DNA from: Guillardia theta CCMP2712
Lineage: Eukaryota; Protista; Cryptophyta
Direction: 5' to 3'
Assembly: GCF_000315625.1 (NCBI RefSeq)
Contig: NW_005434648.1
Span: 410,974-474,973 of the forward strand
Length of the DNA: 64,000 bases
The notes under the pieces were generated by a model that had not been told where the DNA came from, did not search any database, and worked only from the letters and a program-made list of their open reading frames with translations. The stretch's first letter is position 1; each line of letters begins with the position of its first letter. This document shows, piece by piece, positions 47,928 to 60,639 of the stretch. The position numbers were made by a program, and so were the translations under genes.

Positions 47928-50690
47928 TCATTGGCTTCCCTTCACGTTGGCCCTCTGACCCTGCGCGCTCGGTGGAGCTGAAGGAGGTCTGGAGGAGGAG
48001 ACAACTGGTCGTGAGCTGGACGTGAAGGGCATCCGAGAGTCTCTACCCCTCCCTCCCCTCCCGCCCCCCCTGCCTCCTCTTCCTCCTCTTCCTCCTCTTC
48101 CTCCGCTTCCTCCCTCCTCCTGCCCCTCCATCGGACGCACAGGCTTCCTCGAGGCCTCAGGAGGGTTGAAGTCTCCGACCTCAAGGCCCGGGAAGGCGCC
48201 GCATGCAGGAGCAGGAGCAGGAGCGAAGCATCCTCGGAGGTCCTCTGGGATCCCCAGGTCACTTGTAACTGTTCCCTTGATGTCTCCCACGATCGCCTCC
48301 GCCATGGCCAGCCCGCTCAGCGCGGCTCCTTGCACGCTCGGCTCGATGAGCCAGTCACCGCAGATTCCTGAAGCCGTGGCTGCGATTGAGGTGAGGAAGA
48401 CAGATGAGGTAGCAGGGACAAGGGGTAGGAGAAAGTGAAGACGATGTAGGTGGAGGGGCGGGAAGTAGAAGGTGAAAGTTGGCAGCGGGAAGGGAGGAGG
48501 CACAGGAGAGGCGAGGAGGAGGGGGAAGGGCAAGGGCAGCAAGGCTAGTCTGCTCACCCCGGTCGAGGACGCAGGGCCCCCCTGTGAAGGCGTTCATAGG
48601 TACCCCTGCTCCCCAGAGCTGGACCCTCCTAGCGATGGGGCGAATGGATCCGTTCTTTAGCCCCGCGCTGCTCTCGAAGGCACGCAGCAGCTCGTCGACG
48701 ATTCTCTCCTCAACGTCCTCAGGGATTGCTTCTTGGGGAACCTGGGCGGTGCAGGGTGAGGAGGAGCCGACAAAGAAAGGATGGGGGGGGAGGAGAGCAG
48801 GAGAAGAGCAGAGGAGGCAGAGGATAGAAGGGGAGGGGACGGGGAAAGTTCGATAAAATGGGGAGCTGGGAACTGGGTATGAGAAAGGGAGGAACGAGGG
48901 CAGCGCAAGACAGAGGAGGAGCGTCGAAGTGTCGGTGTTGAGGAGGTGAAATCAAAGATCAGGAGCACAGAAGTAGAGGGAGGAGGTGAGGAGGAGGAGG
49001 AGGAGAGATTGGAGAAGGTAGGGAGGTTGAGGATGGTAAGTAGGAGGAGGAAGGTCACCTTGTTGCGAGTGCCGTAATTGCGTGAGGATATGACAGTCCA
49101 GGTCTCATAGCCGCCTTCAGCCACCTTCTCCCTCTGTGCTGGGGTCGCCAGTTTACGGGTGTTATCTAGAGCACGCGGGTGAGGACGGGAGGCGTCGGAG
49201 GGTAGGGTAGTTGCCCACCTGAGACCCAGCAGAGGTCCGGGTGGTTCTTCACGAACGCTCCTTCGAACGGAAGGCCAAGGGTCCCTTCGACAGCAAACGC
49301 GAGGACCCACAGGGAGGAGAGCTGGGAAGGGAGTGAGGAGGAGACGTGGAAGGGAACGCGGAACCTGCATGAGGTCCTTGGGTGGAGCTGCGTTGCTGAA
49401 CTTGCACTTGAGGAGTCGGTGCCTGCACCGAGGAAAATTTCAGAATGATTGGCAACGATGGCTGAGGGTGGGGGAGGAGGGATGTGGAAGAAGGAAGGAG
49501 CGAGAGGGAGAAGGAGGCAGGAGTATTGGGCAGGAGAACAAAGGAACAGAGGAGGAGGAGGAGGAGGAGGATGAGGATGAGGATGAGGATGAGGATGAGG
49601 ATGAGGAGGAGGGGGAGGAGGAGGAGGAAGGTGATCTTACAGCGCTGGAACCTCCGCATCTCGCATCAGTCTCTCCGCGCACTTGCCGTTGTGAGCGACG
49701 ACGATGTAGTCGAAGTCAGACTGTCTGCCCACCTGCCATGGCATGTCAGCAGTCCTCTTCAGCAGTCACCAGCAACCTCCGAGCTGAGCCTCCTCCTCCT
49801 CATGTTGTCACGGAACAGCCGCCACTTCCCGTCCTCCTGCCTCTCCACCACAGCCACCCACGTGTCAAGCTCAACCCGAAGGCTCTTTGACAGGTGACGG
49901 GCGATCGCGTCTATTCCCCCGACCCCAACCCAAAGCTTCGAGCTCGCTGCCAGCCCAGTGAAACTTCCCTTGTCGAGCACCCCAACCGGTCCCTTCCACT
50001 CCTGAACTACCCCGTTCTTCTCCCACTCCTCCACCAAGGCAGTGAACTTGGGATCGGTTGCCGTGAAGAACTGTGTGCTGTGATCAACCTGAACAACACG
50101 TGAGAAGATGTAAAAGTGAGAGTTGAATAAGCGGCAGAATACAAAAGACACGCATTATGATGAGATGAGTAGACAAAAACAACACATGTGTTATGATGAC
50201 AAATTATGCAAGGTATGCGTGATGTTGATATAAGTATGCAAGACATGTATGATAATCAGGAGGGTATAAAGGACATGTCTCGTTCTACCTTGGCGTTCTT
50301 GGCCTTCCCTGCCGCAAACTTCATGTTCAAGATCCTGCTTGACATTCTTCCTCCCGCTGCATGCTTTCCTGTATCAAAGATCGTGACTGAGCATCCGAGC
50401 TCGGCCAGTCTCTTTCCGCACACCAGGCCAGACATTCCTCCTCCTATGATCGCTACTCTTCCATTCTCTAGTCCCTGGCCGCTGCGTCCGGGTGTCGGAC
50501 GGGCCCAAGGAGCTGGTGATGCCATGGCAAGTGTACTGACTCCGACCTTGTGCAGACGTCCGCGGGAAGGGGAGCAGGTGAGGGAAAAACTTTGTGTAGA
50601 GGCGAATCGGAGGGATCGCAGGGCAACAGGAGGAGTCAGGAAGCTTGAAACCCTAGTGACACACAGGACAAGCGCAATCCATGCACGCAT
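47928..50690 (-). CDS. Renalase-like FAD-dependent oxidoreductase with plastid-type leader, multi-exon
   Basis: RVAIIGGGMSGL...IFDTGK..AGGRMSSR; DHSTQFFTA; WVGVGGIDAIARHL; ICGDWLIEPSVQGAALSG; leader MRAWIALVLCVTRVSS-F. Confidence 0.85.
49549..49630. repeat. GAG/GATGAG compound microsatellite, intronic
   Basis: Direct inspection. Confidence 0.85.
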
Positions 50691-51057
50691 GTGCGATATG
50701 CTCCTGTTCACACCGAGCACGAATACAGGAGAAGGGAGAAGGGAGGAGGAGGAGGAGGAGGAGGAGGAGGAGGAGAAAGCGTCTCGTCCTTATATCAGAG
50801 TGATAATGAGTACCCGTACTCTCAGAGGACAAAATCTGGTCAGAAAGGGGGTGGGGTATCCCACACAGTAGTGCAAGAACCACAAGTGCGAAAATGGTTT
50901 GAGGATTATCGGAAGCAGGTGGGGCGAGTGGCGGGCGAAGAGGATGGAGGAGAGGAGAGCAGGGGGGCATGAAGACACTGGCAGCAAGGCACCAACAGCA
51001 GGATGAGGCCAACAACATTGCGCTTCAGCATCGTTAGCTGAAAGATCTCCACTCCAA

Positions 51058-51319
51058 ATGTCCCGATACCGGATACGCTCTCCCATGCTCGACTGTCTTA
51101 TGTGCTCCAAGACCCTCCACGTCCTCATCTTGCTCCTCCTCTGCCCTACCTTGCAGTCAGGGTCAGAGCGAGCGACGAGCTCTGCTACGGACATGCTGCT
51201 GAGGTTCACGAGGTTGAGGGGTTGTGTGCTCACCTGTCGAGGAGGAAGTGACTGGGATACCTCCGAGGATTCTAGAGGTAGCTCGGATCCCTCCCTGCAC
51301 TCTCCCTTTCTTCTACTTG

Positions 51320-51390
<71 letters not shown>

Positions 51391-52104
51391 ATGTCACTCT
51401 CAGCTTTCACTTGCCTACCAGCTCATCTCCTTCCTTCCCCATTGTCCTTGCCACTGCCCGCCCAACGATGGTGTATCAGAATCCATTCATGGCGATCGGG
51501 GGTGGAAGGTTTCGCGGCTAATGGAGATGGGAGCAAACAGGGAGCAGGCAGAGGTCAGTGCGACCCTTGCCCTCCTCCCCAGCTCCTCTCTTGGTCCCCT
51601 GCCACTGACGCAGCTCCTGCTAGCGGGCTGTCGACCAAGATCCACAAGGGGACGTGGAGGACGCTGTCAGGCATGCCTGACTCTCCTCCAGCGGCCTCTG
51701 AGCCAGCCCGCAGGTGGATCATCAACAACCTCGAGGAGGAGGAGGAGGAGGGGGATGGAGGAGGAGCGCGACCTACCAGCATCATGCAGAACTACAACAT
51801 CGAGCGGGGGCGGCGGACACGTGCGACCTGTGAAGCATGTAGCAGTGAGTAGAAGGCTGTGAAGAGAGCTGCTGTGTGAATGGTGTGAAATCCAGGCTTC
51901 ATCAATGATGGTAGCATCGGGGTGAGTGTGAAGAAACAAATTGGCGCCGTTTCCTCCGTGTAAGTTTCCTGGTCTTGTCGTGTCTGAGATGTTTGCCGTT
52001 CATGTTTGTTGGTGCTTGTGCTGTTATTGTTGTTTTGTTGGTGGTGGTGATGAAGCAACCATAACAATGATGATGAAATTGAGGTTGAAGTTGAGGTTGT
52101 GAGC

Positions 52105-52154
<50 letters not shown>

Positions 52155-55100
52155 ACTACTGAGAGACATCTCTCTCATCAGGAGCTGGTACCACTTGCAT
52201 CACCTCGAAATCCCATCGTACGCCGTCGGGCGAGCGAGTGAGATCAGGGGCTACGAGTGAGCAGCGAGATCGAGGTTGAGAGGAGTGGCTGATGTTTGAA
52301 TGCGCAGGAACCTTGATGCTGCTGCCAAGGTGGACGCCTGTCATGCTTTCTCTGCAGTGCGGGGGCCCTGGAGCGGATTCCGACCGTCCTCGGTTCTTTA
52401 CAGAGGTTGCTCTTTCCTTTTCTCTCCTTCTTTCTCTCCCACCCTCTTCCCCCTTCCGTCTCCCTCTGCCTCCATCTTCCTCTCGCTTCCTCTCGCTTCC
52501 TCTCGCTTCCTCTCTCTTCCTCTCTCTTTCCCCCTTCCTGCTTACCGGACTCTCTCTTCTGCTGTTCATTGCTCCTTCTCCTCTTGCATCCACCTAAAGC
52601 CTCTTTCTCTTCCTCTGCCTCCTCTTGCTCCTCTGCCTCCTCTTGCCCCTCTTGCATTCAGGATTCGAGTCTCTGGTGAAAAGTTTCCGTGGGAAACCTT
52701 TCCGCAACGTGGGGAGGAAGAAGAGGGTCGAGAAGAATTTCCAGCTGCCGATCATGACGCACATTGCGAGCATGAATGCTACTTGCGTGTTTATCAAGAA
52801 GATTCGCAACTTGCGATCAAACTGTCAATTCACTCTGAGTCCTGTTGGAGATCTGTGCCGGGTGAGATGCTGTGACTATGACAAATACATGTTTTCGCGA
52901 GGAATGTATGAATGATTACGTGTGAATACTCAGCCTGAATGTTTCTGAGGACATATTTCCAATTTTTATAACTTGCTGCATGTCCTCCTTTCTTTGTCTC
53001 CCTGAGATCTGTGAATTTCACGATGCTTCAGTGTTTATTTCTGCAAGTCATTTCTACCCGGTTTGCTCATGATTACAGTTCATAATCATTGTCATGTCCG
53101 TAGTTGATCATGATTCGTTTTGGAAGACGATGATGTTTGTGATTCATCATCATTACACTGGCTCATTGCAACTCTCTTGTTGGCAGATCAGCGACGGCTC
53201 CCTCATCGTCGGGTTCGTCGAAGGAAACGCCGCGCGCGTCATCTGCCAACTCATCGCATGTCATGAGCACACCAGGTACTATCAAGCCAAGATGCTCACT
53301 CACGAGCGCATCCAAGACGACCAGCACCCTCAGGCACCAGCACAAGAGGAGGACGGGGAGGACGAGGAGACGACAGATGCCTGGACTTGCGAGGTCCGGA
53401 TCGCCGGGCACTCTAGCGTAAGGAGCAGGTCACTGAAGATCCTCCGGCAGTCAACCGTCTCCTTCTCCACCCTCCCCCCCCTCCAAGTGCCCTCGGGCCC
53501 CTCCGGCACGTCAGTCGTCATCAACCGAACGTCGGCGGCGCTGCTGAACTCCCAGGAGGCACTTGAGAGTGTCATCGACGACCTTGAGAACGTCACCAGC
53601 TCCGTTGACGTGTCGCTGGTCGATATGGCGGCTCTGCACGCGCTCGGGGTTCGCTCCTCCCTGTATGACCACCAGCTGCGAGGGGTCAACTGGATGCTGA
53701 GCAGGGAGTGTCGGCAGGGAGAGGGAGGTGATGAAGGTAACAACTCGAGCATGGAGGGAAGTGCGGCACGGGAGGAGGGCGACAGAGAGGGAGAATGTCC
53801 TGAGGGGATGCTTAATGGAAATGACGGTGGGGATGGGGGAGAGTGCGGGAGAAGGTCGGATGAGGAGGAGGGGAAGGCGAACAAGGAGACTTGGAGGAAA
53901 CTCTTGAGAGATGATGTCGAAGACGGCAAGAGCAAACACAATCGCAAGGAAGTCATCTCCTCCAACAACCACTCCAAGATTGACGAACTGGTTCATTCCG
54001 CCCTCTGGAAGAAAATCACCGAGGACGACGGGACGTGTTACTACGACAGTGTCATAGCAAATATCCGCCGGCCTTCAAGGCCCCACCCTGTCTACGGGGG
54101 GATCCTGGCGGACGACATGGGGTTGGGTGAGTACCTGGTGAAGTCAAGATGCCTTGTAGCAACATGACGAACTTGAGCAGGCAAGACCATTCAAATCCTC
54201 TCCCTCATCCTCAGCAACGATGCTGCTCGATCCGTCGCCGGTAAAGAGCAAGGCAGCGAAGTGACGAGCAGGACTTTGATCGTCTGCCCTGTCTCCGTCA
54301 TCACAAGCTGGGAGTCGCAGATTGTCAAGCATGTTGAGAGCGGGAGGATGAAGACGATGGTGCTGCATGCCAAATACCTGCAGAGACCAGCAAACAGCTC
54401 GTCCTCTTGCCGTCTTGCAGAACATGACGTCGTTCTCACGAGCTACGAGACACTGAGGAACTTGCATCAGAGATGGCTGCGACGACAGAACTTGACTCAC
54501 GTGAAGAAGATGGGTGAGTTGTGAAGATCCTTCGCAACTCCCATCTCATCCTTTGTGCAGTGCGTCAATCAGTGCAGCAAGACGCCATCGACGATGAAAA
54601 CTTGAAAGTCTTCGAGATGAGATGGTGGCGAGTGATCTTGGATGAGGCTCATGCGATCAAGAACAGGAAGACAAGAAGCCACAAGGCTTGTCTGCAGCTC
54701 ATGGCGACAAATCGCTGGTGTCTCACCGCAACGCCCTTGCAGAACGACGTCGATGACATCCAATCTCTCCTGCAGTTTCTTCGCGTTGAGCCTCTCGATA
54801 CTTATTCCACATGGCTGCAGCATGTCAAAAAGTGAGAAGCTGCTGCAGCTCCTCCTCTTCCTCCTTCTCCTCCCTCCCTCCCTCCCTCCCTCCCTCCCTC
54901 CTCCTCGAGCACACTCCTCTGCTCATCCTCTTCCTGCGCACTTTTTGCTCCTCCTCCTCCTCCTCTGACTGACTTGCTTGCTTCGACCTCTCAGGCTCAT
55001 CAAGTCTCGAAGTTCCCTGGGGATCACCCGCCTGAGAGTCGTCATGCAAGCTTTCTGCCTCAGGAGGACCAAGGCCATCCTCTCCTCCTCCCTCCCCCCG

Positions 55101-56478
55101 CTCTCCATCCAGACTCACACAGTCCGTCTCCACAGCCATCACCTGGACGCGTACAACCTGCTCTTCGAGTCCGCCAGCTCCGCTTTCTTCGCACTCGACG
55201 AGCATGGGGGGGCAGCGGTCCTCAGGAGGTACTCCTCCGTCCTCGAGTGTATCCTCCGCCTGCGCCAGACCTGCTGCTCCTCCCGCGGGGTCCCGCAGCA
55301 GAGGATAGAGAGGGCAAGACAGGTGATGAGGTACATAGAGGAGAGGAGGATGAGGCAGCAGGGGGAAGGAGAGCAGCCCGCCGCGAAGCTCCTCACGCAG
55401 GAGGAGGCGAACAGCATGCTGGAGAAGCTGGTGGGCAAAGAGGACGACATGGAGTGTGTGGTCTGCCTGGAGGACCTGGAGGAGGAGACGAAGCGAGTCA
55501 TTCGCTCTTGCCTCCACTGCTTCTGCGAGGACTGCATCCAGAAACTCCTTGAGCTCTCCTCCGACGGCCGCGCTGTGTGCCCGCTCTGCCGACAGTCGTT
55601 CTCGAGGAGCGAAGTGTTCTCCATGAACCAGACGCGGGAGGCCCAACAGACCCTCGCTCGCAACATGTCCGAGACAGGGCAGGAGGAGGAGGAGGAGGAG
55701 GAGGCTCAGGGTGAGTTTCAGCAAGGACGGGAGGGAGGGGCTGGAGAGGAGGAGAAGACGTTGAGCCCTAAGATCCATGCTCTCCTCCTCGACGTGCAAG
55801 AGGCTCTGCAAGCGGACAGCTCAGTGAAGTCTGTGGTCTTCTCCAACTTTCTCTCCTGTCTGGACGAGACGGAAGGCGCCATGCTCTCTGCCGGCATCCC
55901 GATCTACCGCATCGATGGCAGAACCAGCATCCTCCAGCGCCGAAGGTTGATACAGGACTTTGAAGCTGCTCCTCACGGCGCCGTCCTCCTCCTCAGCACC
56001 AAGGTCAAGTTGCTTCCCTTTCTGCTCCTCGTTCTTCCCTTGCCCCCCAACCCCAACCCCAACCCCATCCGGCCGTTGCCCCTCTCTCCCGACTATCTCT
56101 CCTTGTCGCCTCTTCTCGTGTCTGCTCTTCCATGCTCTCCCTTCCTCCTCTGCTGTCCTCTCCTCTTCCTCCCTCCCGCTGATCCGCACGCAGGTCGGAG
56201 GCGTCGGCCTTTCTCTCACCATGGCCTCGAGAGGCTACATGATGGAGCCATGGTGGAACGCCGCGGTAGACGAGCAGGCGATGCATCGGCTCCACCGCAT
56301 CGGGCAGACGCGTCCTGTGACCATCATCCGCTACATCTGCGAGGGAACCATAGAGCAGAGGATCATGGACATGCAGGAGAGGAAGGATTGGTTGGGGAAG
56401 GCGGCGATGATGAGGATGGAGGCAAGCGAGCTGCAGGAGATGCGGCTGCGGCAGTTCAGAACGCTGTTCATGAGGTAG
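51058..56478 (+). CDS. RAD5/HLTF-like SNF2 helicase with RING finger; N-terminal zf-PARP and HIRAN-like segments; multi-exon (5' end tentative)
   Basis: LYDHQLRGVNWML, GGILADDMGLG|KT, TLIVCPVSVITSW, VILDEAHAIKN, CLTATPLQN; RING CVVC...CLHCFCEDCI...CPLCR; EPWWNAAVDEQAMHRLHRIGQ; spliced zf-PARP at ~51790-52330. Confidence 0.85.
51318..51389. repeat. (TGCC)18 microsatellite, probably intronic
   Basis: Perfect tetramer repeat. Confidence 0.9.
52106..52154. repeat. (CTG)~16 microsatellite in the intron splitting the zf-PARP domain
   Basis: Direct inspection. Confidence 0.9.
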
Positions 56479-57340
56479 AGGAGCTGCAGGAGGAGCGGGA
56501 AGGAAGAAAGCGTGGAGGAGGGAGGGGATGAGAACGGAATAGAGACTCTGCTTCCTTTGCCCCGATGTTGGTAAATCCCTTCATTTCGAACATTTACATC
56601 TTGCAACGTGAATGCTCTGGTATCATTCTTCCGCCTCCTTCCCTGCCTCCCTCTGCTCCTCATCCTCCCTGCTTTCCTCTCTTGCTCACCCTTCCTCTCT
56701 CCCTCCTACTGTCTCTTCCCAACGCTCCCCCCATCTTCCCATCTCCCCAAATCCCTCTCTTCCTCATTATCTCAGCCTCTCCCTTCCTCCCTCCCTCCCT
56801 CCCTCCTCCCTCCATACCGCTCTTGCTCTCGCATTCTCTTTCTACCTCCCTTCTTGCTATCTTATCTGCTGTTCTATTCTGTTCTGTGCTGTGCTGTGCT
56901 GTGCTCTTCCCCTCCCCTCCCTTCACGTCCCCTCCCTTCACCTGCTCTGCTCTTCTCTGCTCTCACCTCGTCCTTGAGTGCGTACTGACATGGAAGGTGA
57001 ACATTTACAATAGAAGTAGGTAGGGTACACACCCCTACCCCCCTTCTCACCTTGAAGTACCCACAGATTGTCTGCCTAAATATCTTTGAAAACCCTCCAA
57101 TGACGGGGTGGTGAACGTACTTGAAACGCACATGCAAATGTTGACAGGCAGGGAAGGGGGAGAAGAGGGAAGGGAGGGAAGAAGGAGCGAGAAGAGAGAG
57201 GAGGAGGTGCTACACTCATAAGGAGGACAAGAGCAGGAGGATCAAGCAACTTTCCATCTCAGCATTCTTGACATACTGACTTGACACGTAGGGTTGGAAT
57301 GGAATAAGGAAGCAGGGGCAGGAAAAGTTCTCGTGTCAGC

Positions 57341-59060
57341 ATGGTCAGATACCGCTCGGTTATCTCTTTCTTATGCGTCCTCCTCGTTCTTCTTGCCAGT
57401 CAGCATCAGGCTTCAGCGTTTGTTCACCAAGATCCTGCATATTCATTCGTGGAAACTCAAACGCAACCAAGGGCGTTCAGCAATGTTCGCAACATTTTCC
57501 ATAGAATGGGCGGGAGCATCACACACAAGCTTGCGGCTCTCTCTGCCTTCCAGCTGGCTCCTGGTCAGTTTCCTTACCTGCCCATGGACCGTCTGGATGA
57601 AGCGAGGAGTCATATCAACTCGAGGATTCGCCATGCGCATTGGCAGCTCAAGAGCTTTGTTGAGACGATCCCGGACACGTTGCAAACGGCGCACAGCCAT
57701 GGCATCCTTGGCCTTCTGAGGGAGAAGCTCAAGAAGTCAAGCCATCTGCCTTGTCTTGATGTGACCTTCCTCGACTCCTCTCCCTGACCTCACTCCTTAC
57801 CATCATCCAGGTTGCTGGCAGTAAACCAGACCACCTGAAAGGCTTCGAGTCGCACAGATGCATCAAGTCTGGCCCGCTAGCACAGCAGGTGGACAAGGTG
57901 AATGCAGAGCTGACATCGAAGGTGTGCAGATGAGTTGAGAGGAAGAGGAGGAGCTGACGACGAGAGGCAGATCTTGAACGCCTTTTCGAAGCCTGGGTGG
58001 GTGCCCGTGACTCAAAAGGATGGTATCGAAGTTTGGAAGAGAGATGCTTCGGACATCGAGACGGGAAGCTTTCCTCAAGGTTCCCTTACATCATCTCAAT
58101 GCTGTACATTTGCTCCTCATCGCTTCTCTCACAAGGTGTCGGGCCGAGGAAATCTGGCAAGGGAAAGTTCCTTTGTGTCCGCGCGCGGGGTATCATTGAC
58201 GCTAACATCAACGAAGTGTACCGGTGAGCCTCCTTGCTTGCAAGTTGTATGCCCAATGACAAATGTTTGCAGATTGTTTCAGACAAATGATTACGTTCTC
58301 GAGTACAACTCGATGTGTCAGGTCTCCTAACACTGCTCACCTTTCCTTCTCGACTGTTTGTGGTTGTCATTCTGAACATATCATGTCATGTCAGGAGTGC
58401 ATTGACGTCGGGTGGTTGGATCCTTCCACGAAGTTGACATGGGTGGATTCTCGCATGCAGCCCCGTCCTGAGCTCGTTCTGACTTCAAGAGTTCCAGGCG
58501 TCTAGCAAGCGCATCGGACCGATTCTTCCAAGGGACTTCGTGACGAGGTGCCACTACAGGCGGTTGAGAGATGGAACCATCGTAAACTGAGCAACAGCCT
58601 CCCTCAGCTCGCTCTGACATGTCTTAGGTGCTTGCAACCATGAGCGAACCTCTGCCCTGCGAGGAGTTCCGTCAGGTAACTCAGGTCCAAGGAGGAAGCG
58701 ACATGGCTGATTCTGTTGTTCAAGGGCGGTGAATATTGCCGTATGGATGTCACTCTCGGAGGGTACCTCCTGAGACCCATCGATCACGGAACCAGGACTG
58801 AGTTCTCCATGTGAGTTTGTCTTCTCCCTCCCGAAGACTTTCTGCATGTGACGCAAGGAAGGCTCTCGCTCGCCAACCCTGGAGGAGTGCTGGATAGTCA
58901 GGTCGGTGCGATGATCTCCAACATGGTCTGTGCCACAGGTGAGCGAGTACCGTCGACTTGTCAGAATCTTTGCAGATGTTGATGTTGGGAGTGCAGGACC
59001 CATCACATTCATATCAAGCGTTCGTTCTCTGACAGCAAGACTAAAAGGAGAAATCGCGTA
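57341..59060 (+). CDS. START/polyketide-cyclase-fold lipid-binding protein with ASAF plastid leader, multi-exon (3' end approximate)
   Basis: Leader ...LLASQHQASA-FVHQ; GWVPVTQKDGIEVWKR, FLCVRARGIIDANINEVY, ILPRDFVTRCHYRRLRDG, ADVDVG. Confidence 0.7.
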
Positions 59061-59329
59061 GACCCGGCTACCTTTCCGGGTTGTATCCGATACGAGATGG
59101 CAACCTCAAGTCATCGATACGTGTATAGTTTTTATCATCACTCTTTTATATTTCATTAGTTCTCCATGAGTACATGCCGACAACATCTCAGAACACTTTG
59201 TGCTGGCTCAAATTCACTTCCTTCTTCTCGATTTCTAAAATGTAAGCCAACCAATTCTTGCAATAGTCGGGGATGATGCTTGCATCCTTGAGCTCTTTGC
59301 GGAATTCTGCGAGGCAACAGATGAGGAGC

Positions 59330-60524
59330 TGCTGCAATAAAGCTTTTACAACGCACCTTGATCATCCGTCATCATCTTGTTCAGCCAATCGTTTTTGCCC
59401 TCAGCTGCCTGCATCATTTCATCAATACCGTCACTCAACATCACCCATTGACTCTTCCGTACATCTGCCAGCTTGTGCTTGCAATGAACATAACGATCAT
59501 GTACTTCGACATGGGAACCCTCAATGGAAGGTTTGGCATAGAATGCATCAAAAAGCTTGAATCTGATCAGCAGACGATTTCAGCAACTTGAAATTCCTTT
59601 CCGCCTGTCATTCTTTGTTTTCTTACCTCCACTTTGAACCCCAGAACGCCTTGCCGAATCCCTTGCCCTCCCTCTCCAACTTCTGATGTGCGCGCATGAA
59701 TCCCTGTATGACTATACTTCGCTCAACCTGCAAATGCATGAGATCATTCACAAGGAAACGGACAAGCTTCACCTTCGCATCGTTGAGGATGGTATTGAAA
59801 GCCTCCTTCATCAAATCGTCGATGTCCATCGTGCCCGTTCCCGAAGAGGAGGCTCTTCTCACAATCATCGGCTCGAACAAACGACAGAATTCGTCATAGC
59901 AGATGAGACCATTGTGATCATTGTCCAGAGAATCTGCATTTCAAGAATGAACCCAAGCACTTGGAGGAAACACTATATACCGAAAATAATCTCCAAGTCG
60001 TTGACTGGATCGGACAGTTGAATCTGCAGGTTGTTTCGCAAAACTATGCTAAGCTCTTCCTTCGAGATTTTCCCACTCTGGTCTTTATCCGCATCCTATG
60101 GAGTCACATCAATCAATATGGCCAAACATCAACAGGCGCTACCTCAAAAGCTCGAAGAAGCTGTGCTCTCGCCTGATCTGCTGTTGTATTGGAACAGGCA
60201 GAAGATCTTCGGCGAAAGAACATGCTCTGTTCAGCTTCAGAAGCCATGATGGATCCGGTTGGGGGAGGCATGATTGATAGAAAGAGAAAGAGACTTTCAC
60301 AAATTTCTCCTTGTTCCTTCCTGTTCAACACAAACAAAAGATATCAGAAGTTTCGCTCAAGTAATCACTCCTCTCATCAGTCTGTGAACATTTTTTCAAT
60401 TCATCGCCTGATTTGTTGCAGGTACAGAAACGAAAGCAGCAGCAGAGGGTGAAGACACAACATCCGAGGCGAGAACAGGGCTAGACAAGTGCGCCACCGC
60501 GTCTTCGCACAACGATTGAACCAT
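59330..60524 (-). CDS. EF-hand calcium-binding protein, multi-exon (ends approximate)
   Basis: DADKDQSGKISKEEL (~60050-60097) and LDNDHNGLISYDEF (~59890-59930). Confidence 0.6.
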
Positions 60525-60639
60525 GTCGTGAGGTGGGAGGCTGGAGAGGAAGGATTGCGAGAAGGAAGAGAAGGTGTATCAGAGCATAACGAGTTTGCGA
60601 TGAGCTCTCATCGCCCCATTGGGCCAGCACGGGACTCCG

